A stretch of 37,509 nt of DNA. Origin: Myxococcales bacterium (GTDB lineage Bacteria > Myxococcota_A > Polyangia > Fen-1088). Every line of letters starts with the position of its first letter. Position 1 is the first letter of the stretch. The notes under the pieces are model-generated. The model was not told the DNA's origin and ran no database searches. It saw nothing but the letters and a program-made list of their open reading frames with translations. Both the position numbers and the translations under genes were made by a program. This document shows positions 8,365 to 17,244 of the stretch, piece by piece. The stretch spans positions 22,877 through 60,385 of the forward strand of contig PMLB01000125.1 in assembly GCA_003158735.1 (NCBI GenBank). Direction: 5' to 3'.

Positions 8365-11057
8365 ATGGTTTCTCCCGACGGCCGGCGCTCCTCGATCTGT
8401 CCCTTTTCCAGTCGCAGATGCCGCCACTCAGGACCGTCGAGACGGGCCCGCGCCCGCACCTCGGCTGCCAGCAAGCTCGCGTAGCGCGTGTCCGCGTGGT
8501 CGGCTAGATCTCTGGGCGCGCCGTCCTCGGCCACGCGCCCCTTGTCCACCACAAGCACGCGCGGAAAGTCCAGGGTCTGGCTGATGTCGTGGGTGATGCA
8601 CAGAAATGTCGCCGTCGCCCAGCGCACCCGCGCGGCCTTGAGCAGAGCTTCCCGCCGCGAACGCTCCAGCCCGCAGAAGGGCTCGTCGAAAACCACCAAG
8701 CGGGCCGCGCCCCGACACACGGCCCGGCCCAGTCGCACCCGCTGGCCCTCGCCGCCGGAAAGCAAAGCCCCACCCGCGCCCAGCGGCGTCTGCAAGCCCA
8801 TGGGCAACCGGGCCAGCACCTCGTCGAGTTGCGCGGCCTCCACCGCGTCGCCCACCGCCCGATGCTCGCCATCGTTGCCGAAGCGAAGATTCTCCAGCAG
8901 GGATCGGTTCCACAACTGCACCGCGGGATCGACCCACAGGGTCTGGCGTCGCAGCTCGTCCAGCCAGCGCCCGCGCAGTTCCCGGCCATCGACCCGCACC
9001 TCGCCCACGTCCGGGCGATACCAGCCCAACAGAAGACCGACCAGGCTGGACTTGCCCGCGCCCGAGGAGCCCACGATCGCCACATGTTGGCCAGCCGCGA
9101 GAGTCAGCTTGTCGACCGCCAGGATCTCGTTGCCCGCTGCCTTGACGAGCACGTTGCGCAGATCCACCGCAGCCCCGGCGGCAGTCGACTGAGGAAGCGA
9201 GCTATCCTCCGTTTCGACGGGGCCCTCGGGCGCACCCAGCGGCTCCATCAGGCGCAGGGTCACGTTGCGATGCTGCGGGTATTGCTGGATCAGAAACGCG
9301 ATCTCCTGTCCCAGCGACGGCAGCATGAAAAGCCAATACACGATCAAGATCGCCCAGCCCGAGCCCGAGGCTGACATCAGGTAGCGGAAGACGAGGACCG
9401 CCGCCAGGCCGAATCCCAGCAAGCCCTGCACAGTCTCGATGATGACCGCCAGGCGCGTGGCGTCCCGGGCCGCGCGCGCCCACTCGCGCAGACGCCCGCC
9501 GTGCTCGCTGCGCAGGGCTGGCTCGGCCGTGTGCGCGCGAATCGCCGACAGGCCCAGCAGCGCGTCCAGGTAAAAGCGCGCCAAGCCACCGGCATGGCCG
9601 CGCATGCGCAGATCCCGTTCCACCAAGGCCGGCTGGAAACAGAACGGCAAGACCAGCATCAGCCCCACCAGCGTCAAGACCAAAGGCGCGCCTGACGGAT
9701 ACAGCCAGATCACGCCGGCGGTGGTGGTGATCATCTCGCAGGTCGCACGCACCAGCTGGCCACCCTGCCCGGGCAGAAGGCGCAGCCAGTGCAGAAGGTG
9801 CGCGCGCTCCGCCATGTCCGAAATGGGCCGGCTCTGGAAATAGCGATCCCCGAGCAGAGGCAATTTGCGCAGAAAGGCCTGGCGCAGACGCATCTCCAGC
9901 CGACTGCCCACGGTCCACAGCGCTCGTGCCAAAGGCCATTCGACCAGGAAGAATGCGGCCAGTAACACCAGCAAGGCACCCGCCGCTGCCAGGCGTTGCT
10001 CGAAAAGCGGCAGGCGCTGGCCGATGTCGATGGCGCTGCGAAAAAGCAGCGACTCCACCACGGTCCCGACTCCGGCCAGTGCCAACGCGGCCGCCATGGG
10101 CACGAAACGCAGCAGCCCATCTGCGCGCAAGAACTCGAACAACTTGCGCGCCGGACCTGGCTGGTCGTCAGCCAGCACCGCAGCCAGATCGGGTGGCAAC
10201 GCTTGCGCTGCGTGGTCCGCGGCCCGGCCGGACACCCGCAGCGCCAGAGCCCCGCGCAAGGTCAGCATGGGTTGCCCGTCGACCGGCGCGGCTGGGCGCG
10301 CGGACCAGAGAGTCTCGGGCACCAGCGGCGACTCTGCGCCCTGCCCCACCTCTTTCCACAAGCACTCGAAGGCCCGCGCAGCACGGGCGCGAGTCACGAC
10401 GTTGCCGCTCAGCAATTGTTCGACCGCCCGGGCGCAGGCATCGAGGGCACACAAGGGGCGCCAGTCTGCACCGGCCGCGGCCGCAGCGAGGCGCTGACCG
10501 GAATCACGCAAGCCCAGCCTCTGCAAACGTAGCCGCAGCGGATCCAGGAAGCCCGGCTCGCGCGTCCACGCCGCAAAGTCCGCCGCCGGGGCCGGCATCT
10601 CGTGCACGTACAAGTCGCGCAGGAGATCTCGCTTGCTCATCCAGCGCCGGCCGCGGCCCGGGTCCATAATCTGGACCCACGGCCCCACCATGCGCCACGC
10701 CACCACGAAGTGGGTCAGGCCCGAAGGCAGCCTGACCACGACCAGGGCCGGCAGCGCATCGGATTCGCGCAAGAGCACGTGCTCCACTGGCAACAACATC
10801 TGGCTGGCTTCCAGACCCAGTCTTCCAGCCAGATCCTCGAGTGTGTCGATGGACGACCCGTCGACCGTGGTGTGACAGGCCTCGCGCAGCCGACCGTAGT
10901 GAGCGCGAATGCCGAAACCTTCCAGCAGCGATTTCAGGGCTGCCGGCCCGCAGTCCATGGCCGAGGTCTGCACCACCTCGTGGGCGAAGAACTGCCGCCT
11001 CTCCCGCGCGCTCTCCGACTCACCCTGGGCGTGGTCCTCTGAAGCGGGCCTGCTCAT
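8361..11057 (-). CDS. Peptidase C39-containing ABC transporter (PCAT; bacteriocin/RiPP processing-export)
   Basis: C39 motifs QTSAMDCGPAAL, THFVV and IMDPG (Cys-His-Asp). TM domain. NBD motifs GSSGAGKS, LSGGE, VFDEP, ITHD. Confidence 0.92.
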   Translation of the reverse strand: MSRPASEDHAQGESESARERRQFFAHEVVQTSAMDCGPAALKSLLEGFGIRAHYGRLREACHTTVDGSSIDTLEDLAGRLGLEASQMLLPVEHVLLRESDALPALVVVRLPSGLTHFVVAWRMVGPWVQIMDPGRGRRWMSKRDLLRDLYVHEMPAPAADFAAWTREPGFLDPLRLRLQRLGLRDSGQRLAAAAAGADWRPLCALDACARAVEQLLSGNVVTRARAARAFECLWKEVGQGAESPLVPETLWSARPAAPVDGQPMLTLRGALALRVSGRAADHAAQALPPDLAAVLADDQPGPARKLFEFLRADGLLRFVPMAAALALAGVGTVVESLLFRSAIDIGQRLPLFEQRLAAAGALLVLLAAFFLVEWPLARALWTVGSRLEMRLRQAFLRKLPLLGDRYFQSRPISDMAERAHLLHWLRLLPGQGGQLVRATCEMITTTAGVIWLYPSGAPLVLTLVGLMLVLPFCFQPALVERDLRMRGHAGGLARFYLDALLGLSAIRAHTAEPALRSEHGGRLREWARAARDATRLAVIIETVQGLLGFGLAAVLVFRYLMSASGSGWAILIVYWLFMLPSLGQEIAFLIQQYPQHRNVTLRLMEPLGAPEGPVETEDSSLPQSTAAGAAVDLRNVLVKAAGNEILAVDKLTLAAGQHVAIVGSSGAGKSSLVGLLLGWYRPDVGEVRVDGRELRGRWLDELRRQTLWVDPAVQLWNRSLLENLRFGNDGEHRAVGDAVEAAQLDEVLARLPMGLQTPLGAGGALLSGGEGQRVRLGRAVCRGAARLVVFDEPFCGLERSRREALLKAARVRWATATFLCITHDISQTLDFPRVLVVDKGRVAEDGAPRDLADHADTRYASLLAAEVRARARLDGPEWRHLRLEKGQIEERRPSGETI

Positions 11058-12244
11058 TTGTCTGGGACCGGTGCAGGGTTGGACACGGCGGGCGCGGCAC
11101 TGGTCTGGACGCTCATGAGAAACCGACCGGCGGTGTCCAGCACCAGGGCAAAGGGCGAAACCCGTTCCACTTCGACCTCGGCACTAGCCGGCAGGCCATG
11201 CTCCAAAGGAATGTTCGTCCGCTGCGGCGAGCGCAAGACCAACTCCACACGGATGAGGCCGTCCTTGGGCTCGTTGCCCACGCGATCCACTTCGGCCTGC
11301 AGCATGCCGTACTTGGTCCAGGGGAAACCGAACATGCGCAACCGCGCGCTCTGTCCAGTGTGAACCCGCCCGGTCGCGGTCGCCGGATCGAAGAAGGCCA
11401 CGGCGCGCAGCCCGCCGGTGGGAACGACGGTGCATAGTCGGGTGCGTTCGGCCAGCATGGCGCCAGCCCGCAGGTTCACCATGTTCCCTATGCGGCCGGC
11501 GATGGGCGCGCGAATCAAGTGCAAGTCGATCTTCTGATCGAGAATGCGCAGCTTGCCCTCGGCGTCGGCTTGCTCGCTCTGCAGGCGCGCGATGTCCGCC
11601 TGCAAACCCGCGATCAGGGCCTTGCGCTCGCTCACCTTGACCGCGCCCTCGTTGCCCACGCGGCCCACCTGCACGCGCGCGGCTTCTGTCTCGGCGTTCT
11701 GTCGTTGCACCTCGGCCTGCAGGCGGTCGCGGTCCAGGGTTGCCACCAGGCGCTTGTCGTGCAGCGACTGGATCTTGGCCCGCTCTGCTTCTTTCTGCTC
11801 GGCGACAGCGTTGGAGGCGCGCAAGTGGGCTCGCGCCTCGTTCACCTGCGCCGCACTGGCGCGCCCCTCGCCGCGCATAGCTTGCTCTTGCGAGGCCAGT
11901 TCTTCGCGCAAGGCTTCGATCTGCGGGCCCAGGGTTGCCAGTCGGCTCTGCTCGGCCGCGCGTTCCAGGCGGAATGCCTCGGCATCCAGCTCGACCAGAA
12001 TCTCCCCCTGCTGGACGTGCCGGTCCAACACCAGAACGCTGCGCAGGAGACGGGCCGCTACCGGGGAATCGACATCATAGGGCGCCGTCGCCACTTCCAA
12101 ACGCGCCGAGCGACTGACCTCGTATAGCCCCACCCGCGCCAAGAAAAACCAGGCCGACCACGCCGCCAGGAGAACCCCACCCAAAACGCCCGCCACGACC
12201 ACGCGGGAATTTGCGTCCTGGGCTCGTGCAAAGCGGGCAAACAT
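11054..12244 (-). CDS. HlyD-family membrane fusion protein
   Basis: N-terminal TM, lipoyl halves (VQQGEILVELD, IRAPIAGRI), a long coiled coil, and FPWTKYG. ATG 12244 follows a GAGGG RBS. ATGA overlap with the PCAT. Confidence 0.9.
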   Translation of the reverse strand: MFARFARAQDANSRVVVAGVLGGVLLAAWSAWFFLARVGLYEVSRSARLEVATAPYDVDSPVAARLLRSVLVLDRHVQQGEILVELDAEAFRLERAAEQSRLATLGPQIEALREELASQEQAMRGEGRASAAQVNEARAHLRASNAVAEQKEAERAKIQSLHDKRLVATLDRDRLQAEVQRQNAETEAARVQVGRVGNEGAVKVSERKALIAGLQADIARLQSEQADAEGKLRILDQKIDLHLIRAPIAGRIGNMVNLRAGAMLAERTRLCTVVPTGGLRAVAFFDPATATGRVHTGQSARLRMFGFPWTKYGMLQAEVDRVGNEPKDGLIRVELVLRSPQRTNIPLEHGLPASAEVEVERVSPFALVLDTAGRFLMSVQTSAAPAVSNPAPVPDK

Positions 12245-12731
12245 GAGATCCCTCGACTGTCGCAGCCCATGATACACGACGGGCGAGCGGAACGGATCAA
12301 TCGATGCCGATGGCCGTCACGGAAAGCCAGCCACGCTCAGAACCTACGGGAGTCGCACAGCGCCTTCCACGCGCCCGGGGCGTTCATGGCCCGGTCGTGC
12401 TCGGCTTCTCACCGCGTATCATAGACACCCCGGAATGTCCCTGGGTTCCCCATCTCCCGGCTGGGACATCAAATCCACGCTAGAAAGCCTCGGTAGGCAG
12501 GACGCGGATGCAGCCCAAGATCCGCGTGTGGTCACGGCGCACGACCTGGATCGCCCACTTGGGGCGTAGCCGCGCGGCGAAATAGCGCAAGGCCAGACTC
12601 GGCTCGTTGTCCAAATGATCATCGAAAATAGTCGCGACTCCTTTCGATACCAATAGAAGCTTCGGGCCGCCCACCCACATTTCCCCAGTGGTGACACCGC
12701 TGTCGTGCAAACCCCTGAAGGAAGAGGCTCC

Positions 12732-14342
12732 ATGAACCACCATTGCGTCGGCAAGATACTCCTGGGTCTATTTGCGATGCTGCCGCTCCTGGTCGCCGGA
12801 GGATGCGACTCGTCTACGTCGCCATCGCCCGGGCTCTTAGGCGGAGCCAGTGGCGGGACTCCAGAAACCGGCGGTGCGCCGGGAGCGGCAGGACACACGG
12901 CTGCTTCATCTCCCGGAACGGGCGGCGCGAATCCCGCAACCGGCGGCGCGCCGGGAATTGCGGGCGATACGGGGGCCGCTGGCGCCGCTGCTGGTGCCGG
13001 TTCGGAGGGCGGGATCGGCCCGGGTGGCGCAATTGACTCCGGTGGTGTGACGACCGAGGGTGGCGCGACGGAATCTGGCGGCAAGAGCGCGGGCGGGACC
13101 AGCGCTGGCGGCAAGACGACGGGCTCAGCCGGCGCGACAGGCAGCTCGGGTGGTGCGAAGAGCTCCGGTGGTGTGACTACCTCGGGTGGTGCCACGCCCG
13201 CCGGTGGCGTGACGGGTTCTGGCGGTGCCGGTGGCAAGACCACAGGTGGAACCGCTGCGGCCGGCAGTTCCGGATCGGCCGGCGCGACCGCCACGGGTGG
13301 TTCGAGGCCAGCCGGCGGAACGACGACCAACGGCGGTACGAAGGCGACTGGCGGTACGACGTCCGCCGGCGGTACGACAGCGACCGGCGGTTCGACGATT
13401 GTCATCAACCCCGGTCAGTGCGACGCAACCACGACGCCGGTCGCCAGGCACGGACAACTCAAGGTCGTGGGGAACAGAATCGTAAACCAGTGCGGCAGGC
13501 CGGTCCAGCTAGCGGGAATGTCGATGTACGACTGGTCGCAGCAGGGGCGGCAGTTCTACAACGCAGATGCGGTCAAGAACCTGGCCGGGACAGGAACGGG
13601 ACAGAAGAAGTGCGCGATACTTCGCGTTCCGCTTCTACCCACCAACTATCCTAGCCAAATGGCTCGGGTGAAGACCGTGATGGACGCCTGCATCGCCAAT
13701 GGTATCTACTGCATGCCCAACTGGCATGTGGTTGGCGCCAATGCCAACGCGACCAATGCGTCCGCGTTCTATGTGGAGCTGGCGAATGCCTACGGCAACA
13801 CCCCCAACATTATCTATGAGCCTTGGAACGAGCCGACAACCACCTGGCCCACCATCAAAACCTATCACGAGACCGTTATCGCGGCAGTCCGACCCATTGA
13901 CCCCGACAACATCTTCATGCTCGGCAACCCCCAATGGGATCAGCGCCCGGATCAAGCCTGTGCCTCCCCGATCACCGACACGACGAACCTGGTCTACGTC
14001 TTCCACTTCTATGCGAATACCCACAAGCTCGCCGGCTTCCAACCCAATATTGATAAATGTTTGAACGCAGGCTTTGCCGTCTTCGCGAGCGAGTACGGCG
14101 GAGTCTCATCCAATGGGAACGGCACCTTCAATGTGACGGAAATGAACAATTGGTGGACCTATTTGGATAAGAACCTCATCGGTTCTACCAACTGGGCGGT
14201 CGAGACCAATGGGGAGACGTCCTCTGTTTTCGTGAAGACTGCAAGCGCAACCGGCCCGTGGCCCGATTCCGATATTACAGACTCGGGCAACAATGTCTTT
14301 CCCTACATAGCGAAGACGTACGACCTCACGATGTCACAGTAG
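12732..14342 (+). CDS. Lipoprotein GH5 endoglucanase (subfamily 2-like) with a long Gly/Thr/Ser linker
   Basis: Lipobox LVAGGC, then about 200 aa of G/T/S/A linker. Catalytic domain has HGQLKVVG, IIYEPWNEP (acid/base), FHFYA and FASEYG (nucleophile). GAAGAGG RBS. Confidence 0.9.
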   Translation: MNHHCVGKILLGLFAMLPLLVAGGCDSSTSPSPGLLGGASGGTPETGGAPGAAGHTAASSPGTGGANPATGGAPGIAGDTGAAGAAAGAGSEGGIGPGGAIDSGGVTTEGGATESGGKSAGGTSAGGKTTGSAGATGSSGGAKSSGGVTTSGGATPAGGVTGSGGAGGKTTGGTAAAGSSGSAGATATGGSRPAGGTTTNGGTKATGGTTSAGGTTATGGSTIVINPGQCDATTTPVARHGQLKVVGNRIVNQCGRPVQLAGMSMYDWSQQGRQFYNADAVKNLAGTGTGQKKCAILRVPLLPTNYPSQMARVKTVMDACIANGIYCMPNWHVVGANANATNASAFYVELANAYGNTPNIIYEPWNEPTTTWPTIKTYHETVIAAVRPIDPDNIFMLGNPQWDQRPDQACASPITDTTNLVYVFHFYANTHKLAGFQPNIDKCLNAGFAVFASEYGGVSSNGNGTFNVTEMNNWWTYLDKNLIGSTNWAVETNGETSSVFVKTASATGPWPDSDITDSGNNVFPYIAKTYDLTMSQ

Positions 14343-14359
14343 CCGCGTCCTGAATCCAC

Positions 14360-14403
14360 AACGAGCCTTGGCCGAGCGGAGAGCCTGGCCAAGGCTCGTT
14401 TTG
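14360..14403 (+). terminator. Probable intrinsic terminator of the GH5 gene
   Basis: Perfect 14-bp stem AACGAGCCTTGGCC/GGCCAAGGCTCGTT, 17 nt after the stop, ending in a short T run. Confidence 0.65.
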
Positions 14404-14637
14404 CATTTGGCCCATCCCGCACCCAGGTTAGAAAGCCCGTGTGCTGGCTTACGAGAAGGCGCCCGGCAGCCGCCCAAACATGGCCCAGCGACGCGCAATT
14501 TCCCGAAACAGATCCGCAACATGCCCGCAGACCTTGATTTCCACGAGCGCGCCCCGTGCTCGGACGAAAATCCGCGGTAACCTTGGTGGTTCTGGGTCGC
14601 CGGTGGTCCTGCGCCGGCTGAAGGGAGACTGAGGCAG

Positions 14638-15840
14638 ATGGTATCACGACGCGAACGAATCGTGGTCATCGACGATACCGAGATGGTGAGGACGGTGCTC
14701 GTCCACTATCTGGAGCGGCTTGGATTTGCCACGCTTGAGGCTGCCGATGGCCAGCAGGGCCTCGATGCGATTAGGGCGAACAAGCCCGACCTGGTGCTGT
14801 GCGACCTACGTATGCCCAACCTCGACGGACTGGGCGTCTTGAAGATCCTCAAGAAGGAGTCGCCCGAACTTCCCATCATCGTCATGTCCGGAGCGGGTCT
14901 TCTCCAGGATGCGGTCGGCGCACTTCAGTTGGGCGCATGGGACTACGTGGAGAAACCCGTCGAGTTCCCGGTGCTCGAGCACGCGCTCAACCAGGCGCTG
15001 GAGAAGGCCGCGCTGGTCGAAGACAACCGTCGCTATCGAGCCCACCTCGAACGCCTCAACCGCGACCTGGAGGCCAGTCTGCGGCTCTTGGCTGAGGATG
15101 AGAACGCCGGCCGGCAGATCCAGGTGCGCATGCTGCCGCACAACCATCAACGCTTCGGCGACTACCTGTTCACTCGCGAGGTCATACCGTCTAGTCTTCT
15201 GAGCGGCGACTTTATCGATGTCTTCAAGATCGACCCGCGACATTGGGGCTTTTACCTGGCGGATGTGTCGGGCCACGGTGTCTCCTCGGCTCTGGTCACG
15301 GTCTTGCTGCGCAGCTTCGTGCAGCGCCATGTGGCTAGCTCTATCGAGTCTGGCGACGACCTAATCCTGTCGCCGGCACGCCTGCTCATGCGGCTGAACG
15401 ACGAGATGGCCCGCGATGATTTGGACAAGCATCTCACCATCTTCTACGGAGTGATCGACCAGCAAGAGGACACCTTGCTCTACGCCAATGCCGGGCATTT
15501 CCCATGGCCGGTCCTGTGCGACGGGGCTGCGGTCACAGTGCTCGAACAACCGGGCGTACCGGTGGGGATGCTGCCGCGCAGTCGCTACCAGGAGCACCGC
15601 GTGCCGCTGGCCCCCTGCATGAGCCTGTCGGTGTTCTCCGACGGTGTGCTCGAAGTGTTGTCGCAGTCGACCCTGGACGAAAAGCTCGAGTATCTGCGGG
15701 GGTTGTTCGGAAGACCGAATGTCACCATCGAGCAGGCAAGACAGGAGTTGCACCTCGACGGCCTGTCAGCCCTGCCCGACGACGTGGCGATGCTCATCAT
15801 TCAGCGTGGGGGTAGCCATGGCAACCGTACCAGCGCCTAG
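14638..15840 (+). CDS. Receiver + PP2C (SpoIIE/RsbU) phosphatase, similar to Pseudomonas-type RssB
   Basis: Receiver motifs VIDD, LCDLRMP, GAWDYVEKP. Coiled-coil linker ending EDENAGRQIQ. PP2C motifs SGDFID, LADVSGHG, FSDGV, DDVA. Confidence 0.85.
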   Translation: MVSRRERIVVIDDTEMVRTVLVHYLERLGFATLEAADGQQGLDAIRANKPDLVLCDLRMPNLDGLGVLKILKKESPELPIIVMSGAGLLQDAVGALQLGAWDYVEKPVEFPVLEHALNQALEKAALVEDNRRYRAHLERLNRDLEASLRLLAEDENAGRQIQVRMLPHNHQRFGDYLFTREVIPSSLLSGDFIDVFKIDPRHWGFYLADVSGHGVSSALVTVLLRSFVQRHVASSIESGDDLILSPARLLMRLNDEMARDDLDKHLTIFYGVIDQQEDTLLYANAGHFPWPVLCDGAAVTVLEQPGVPVGMLPRSRYQEHRVPLAPCMSLSVFSDGVLEVLSQSTLDEKLEYLRGLFGRPNVTIEQARQELHLDGLSALPDDVAMLIIQRGGSHGNRTSA

Positions 15841-16333
15841 GGCCTATTGCGGCCGCTTCGACCAGTCGCCCATCTTGGTGCTGAAGGGCCAGGTTCGCTA
15901 CGTGACCGCACGCACTCTGCGCCTATTCATCGACGACCTGCTGGCACGGCAGCCGGGCGACACCCTCATCATCGACTTGCGCGAACTGGAAAGCATCGAC
16001 AGCACCGGCATGGGCCTCTTGGCCCATCTGGGCCGAACCACCCTGCAGCACGGCCGCCGCGCGGTCATCGTGTGCGGGGTGAAGGACGTGATGACGTGCC
16101 TCCGCTCGGCGGCGTTCGACACCCTGTTCATCATCGTCGAGCGCTGGCCCTTCCCAGAAGAAGCCAGCGTTTCGGAGGTGCCCCTCGATGAGGGGGATCT
16201 ACTGCCCGACATCATGGGACGACTCATGCTCGACGCCCATCGCGACCTGGCCTCGCTCAGCGAAGCGAACCGCCAGGCCTTCGCAGGGGTCATTTCAGCC
16301 CTGGAATGTGACCTGCCCGATGCAAGCCGATAG
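15818..16333 (+). CDS. STAS-domain anti-anti-sigma factor, RssC-like
   Basis: LVLKGQVRY, IIDLRELESIDSTGMGLLA (phosphorylatable Ser), and C-terminal LDAHRDLASLSEANRQAF. ATG at 15818 overlaps the upstream gene. Confidence 0.85.
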   Translation: MATVPAPRAYCGRFDQSPILVLKGQVRYVTARTLRLFIDDLLARQPGDTLIIDLRELESIDSTGMGLLAHLGRTTLQHGRRAVIVCGVKDVMTCLRSAAFDTLFIIVERWPFPEEASVSEVPLDEGDLLPDIMGRLMLDAHRDLASLSEANRQAFAGVISALECDLPDASR

Positions 16334-16359
16334 CGTCTTGGCGTCGAGGCGCGCGGGCG

Positions 16360-17244
16360 CTACGCCGTGACCAACGTCCCAACGCCCTTCTCGGTGAACA
16401 GCTCGACCACCACGCTGTGAGGCTCGCGGCCGTCGACCACGTGCACGGCCTCCACACCGCCCTCCAGCGCGCGCAAAATAGCCTGCGCCTTGACCTGCAT
16501 GCCCCCCTTGACCGCGCGGCCTTCTTGCAGGCGACCGCGCAGGTCGTCGGCCCGCAGCTCGCTCAACAGTTGACCGTTCTCGTCCAAGATCCCGGCCACG
16601 TCCGTGAGAAAGATCAGCTTCTTGGCCTTGGCGGCAACCGCGATCTCGGCGGCCGCCATGTCGGCGTTGATGTTGAAGCTGGCCCCGTCGACGCCCAAGC
16701 CCACCGGCGAGATCACGGGCATGTAGCTCTTGCCCAGCAGCAGATCGAGAATCTCGGTGTTGATGCTCTCGACCTCGCCCACCCAGCCCAGGTCAGGCTT
16801 GCCCGGTCGGGGCGGCAACTTGTGCGCCTTGATGAGGTGCGCGTCCTTGCCCGACAGGCCCATCGCGGTTCCACCCAGGGTGTTGATGAGGCCCACGATC
16901 TCGGTGTTCACCTTTCCGGTCAGCACCATCTCGACCACGCCCATTTCTGTCGAGCCGGTCACGCGCTGACCATCGATGAACTCGCTCTTCTGGCCCAGAC
17001 GATCCAGGGTCTTGGTGATCTCGTGCCCGCCGCCGTGAACCACCACCGGCCGCAGGCCGGCGGCCTGCAACAAAACCACGTCAAGGGCAAAACTCCGCTT
17101 GAGGTCGTCCTTGATCATGGCCGCGCCGCCGTACTTGATGACCGCGCGCGTGCCAGTGAACTTCTGGATATACTTGAGCGCCTCGACCACCAGTTCGCGT
17201 CGATCGCCCAGAGTCTCGGGCTGCTTGGCTTGGCTTTCGCTCAT
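16360..17244 (-). CDS. argB: Acetylglutamate kinase
   Basis: EALKYI, VIKYGG, VHGGG, NINAD, LTDVAG, GGM, ELFT..GVGT. Confidence 0.96.
   Translation of the reverse strand: MSESQAKQPETLGDRRELVVEALKYIQKFTGTRAVIKYGGAAMIKDDLKRSFALDVVLLQAAGLRPVVVHGGGHEITKTLDRLGQKSEFIDGQRVTGSTEMGVVEMVLTGKVNTEIVGLINTLGGTAMGLSGKDAHLIKAHKLPPRPGKPDLGWVGEVESINTEILDLLLGKSYMPVISPVGLGVDGASFNINADMAAAEIAVAAKAKKLIFLTDVAGILDENGQLLSELRADDLRGRLQEGRAVKGGMQVKAQAILRALEGGVEAVHVVDGREPHSVVVELFTEKGVGTLVTA

Noticed and set aside
12300-12731. c-di-GMP or other known riboswitch upstream of the GH5 or HlyD gene
   Set aside because: No convincing GEMM core (GGCAAAC..GAAA..GACGCAAA) seen on either strand. An Rfam scan would be needed to exclude others.
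12419-13408. 329-aa Pro/Val-rich minus-strand ORF (likewise 34286-35140 and 35610-36761)
   Set aside because: Reverse-strand reading of the Gly/Thr linkers of the GH lipoproteins.
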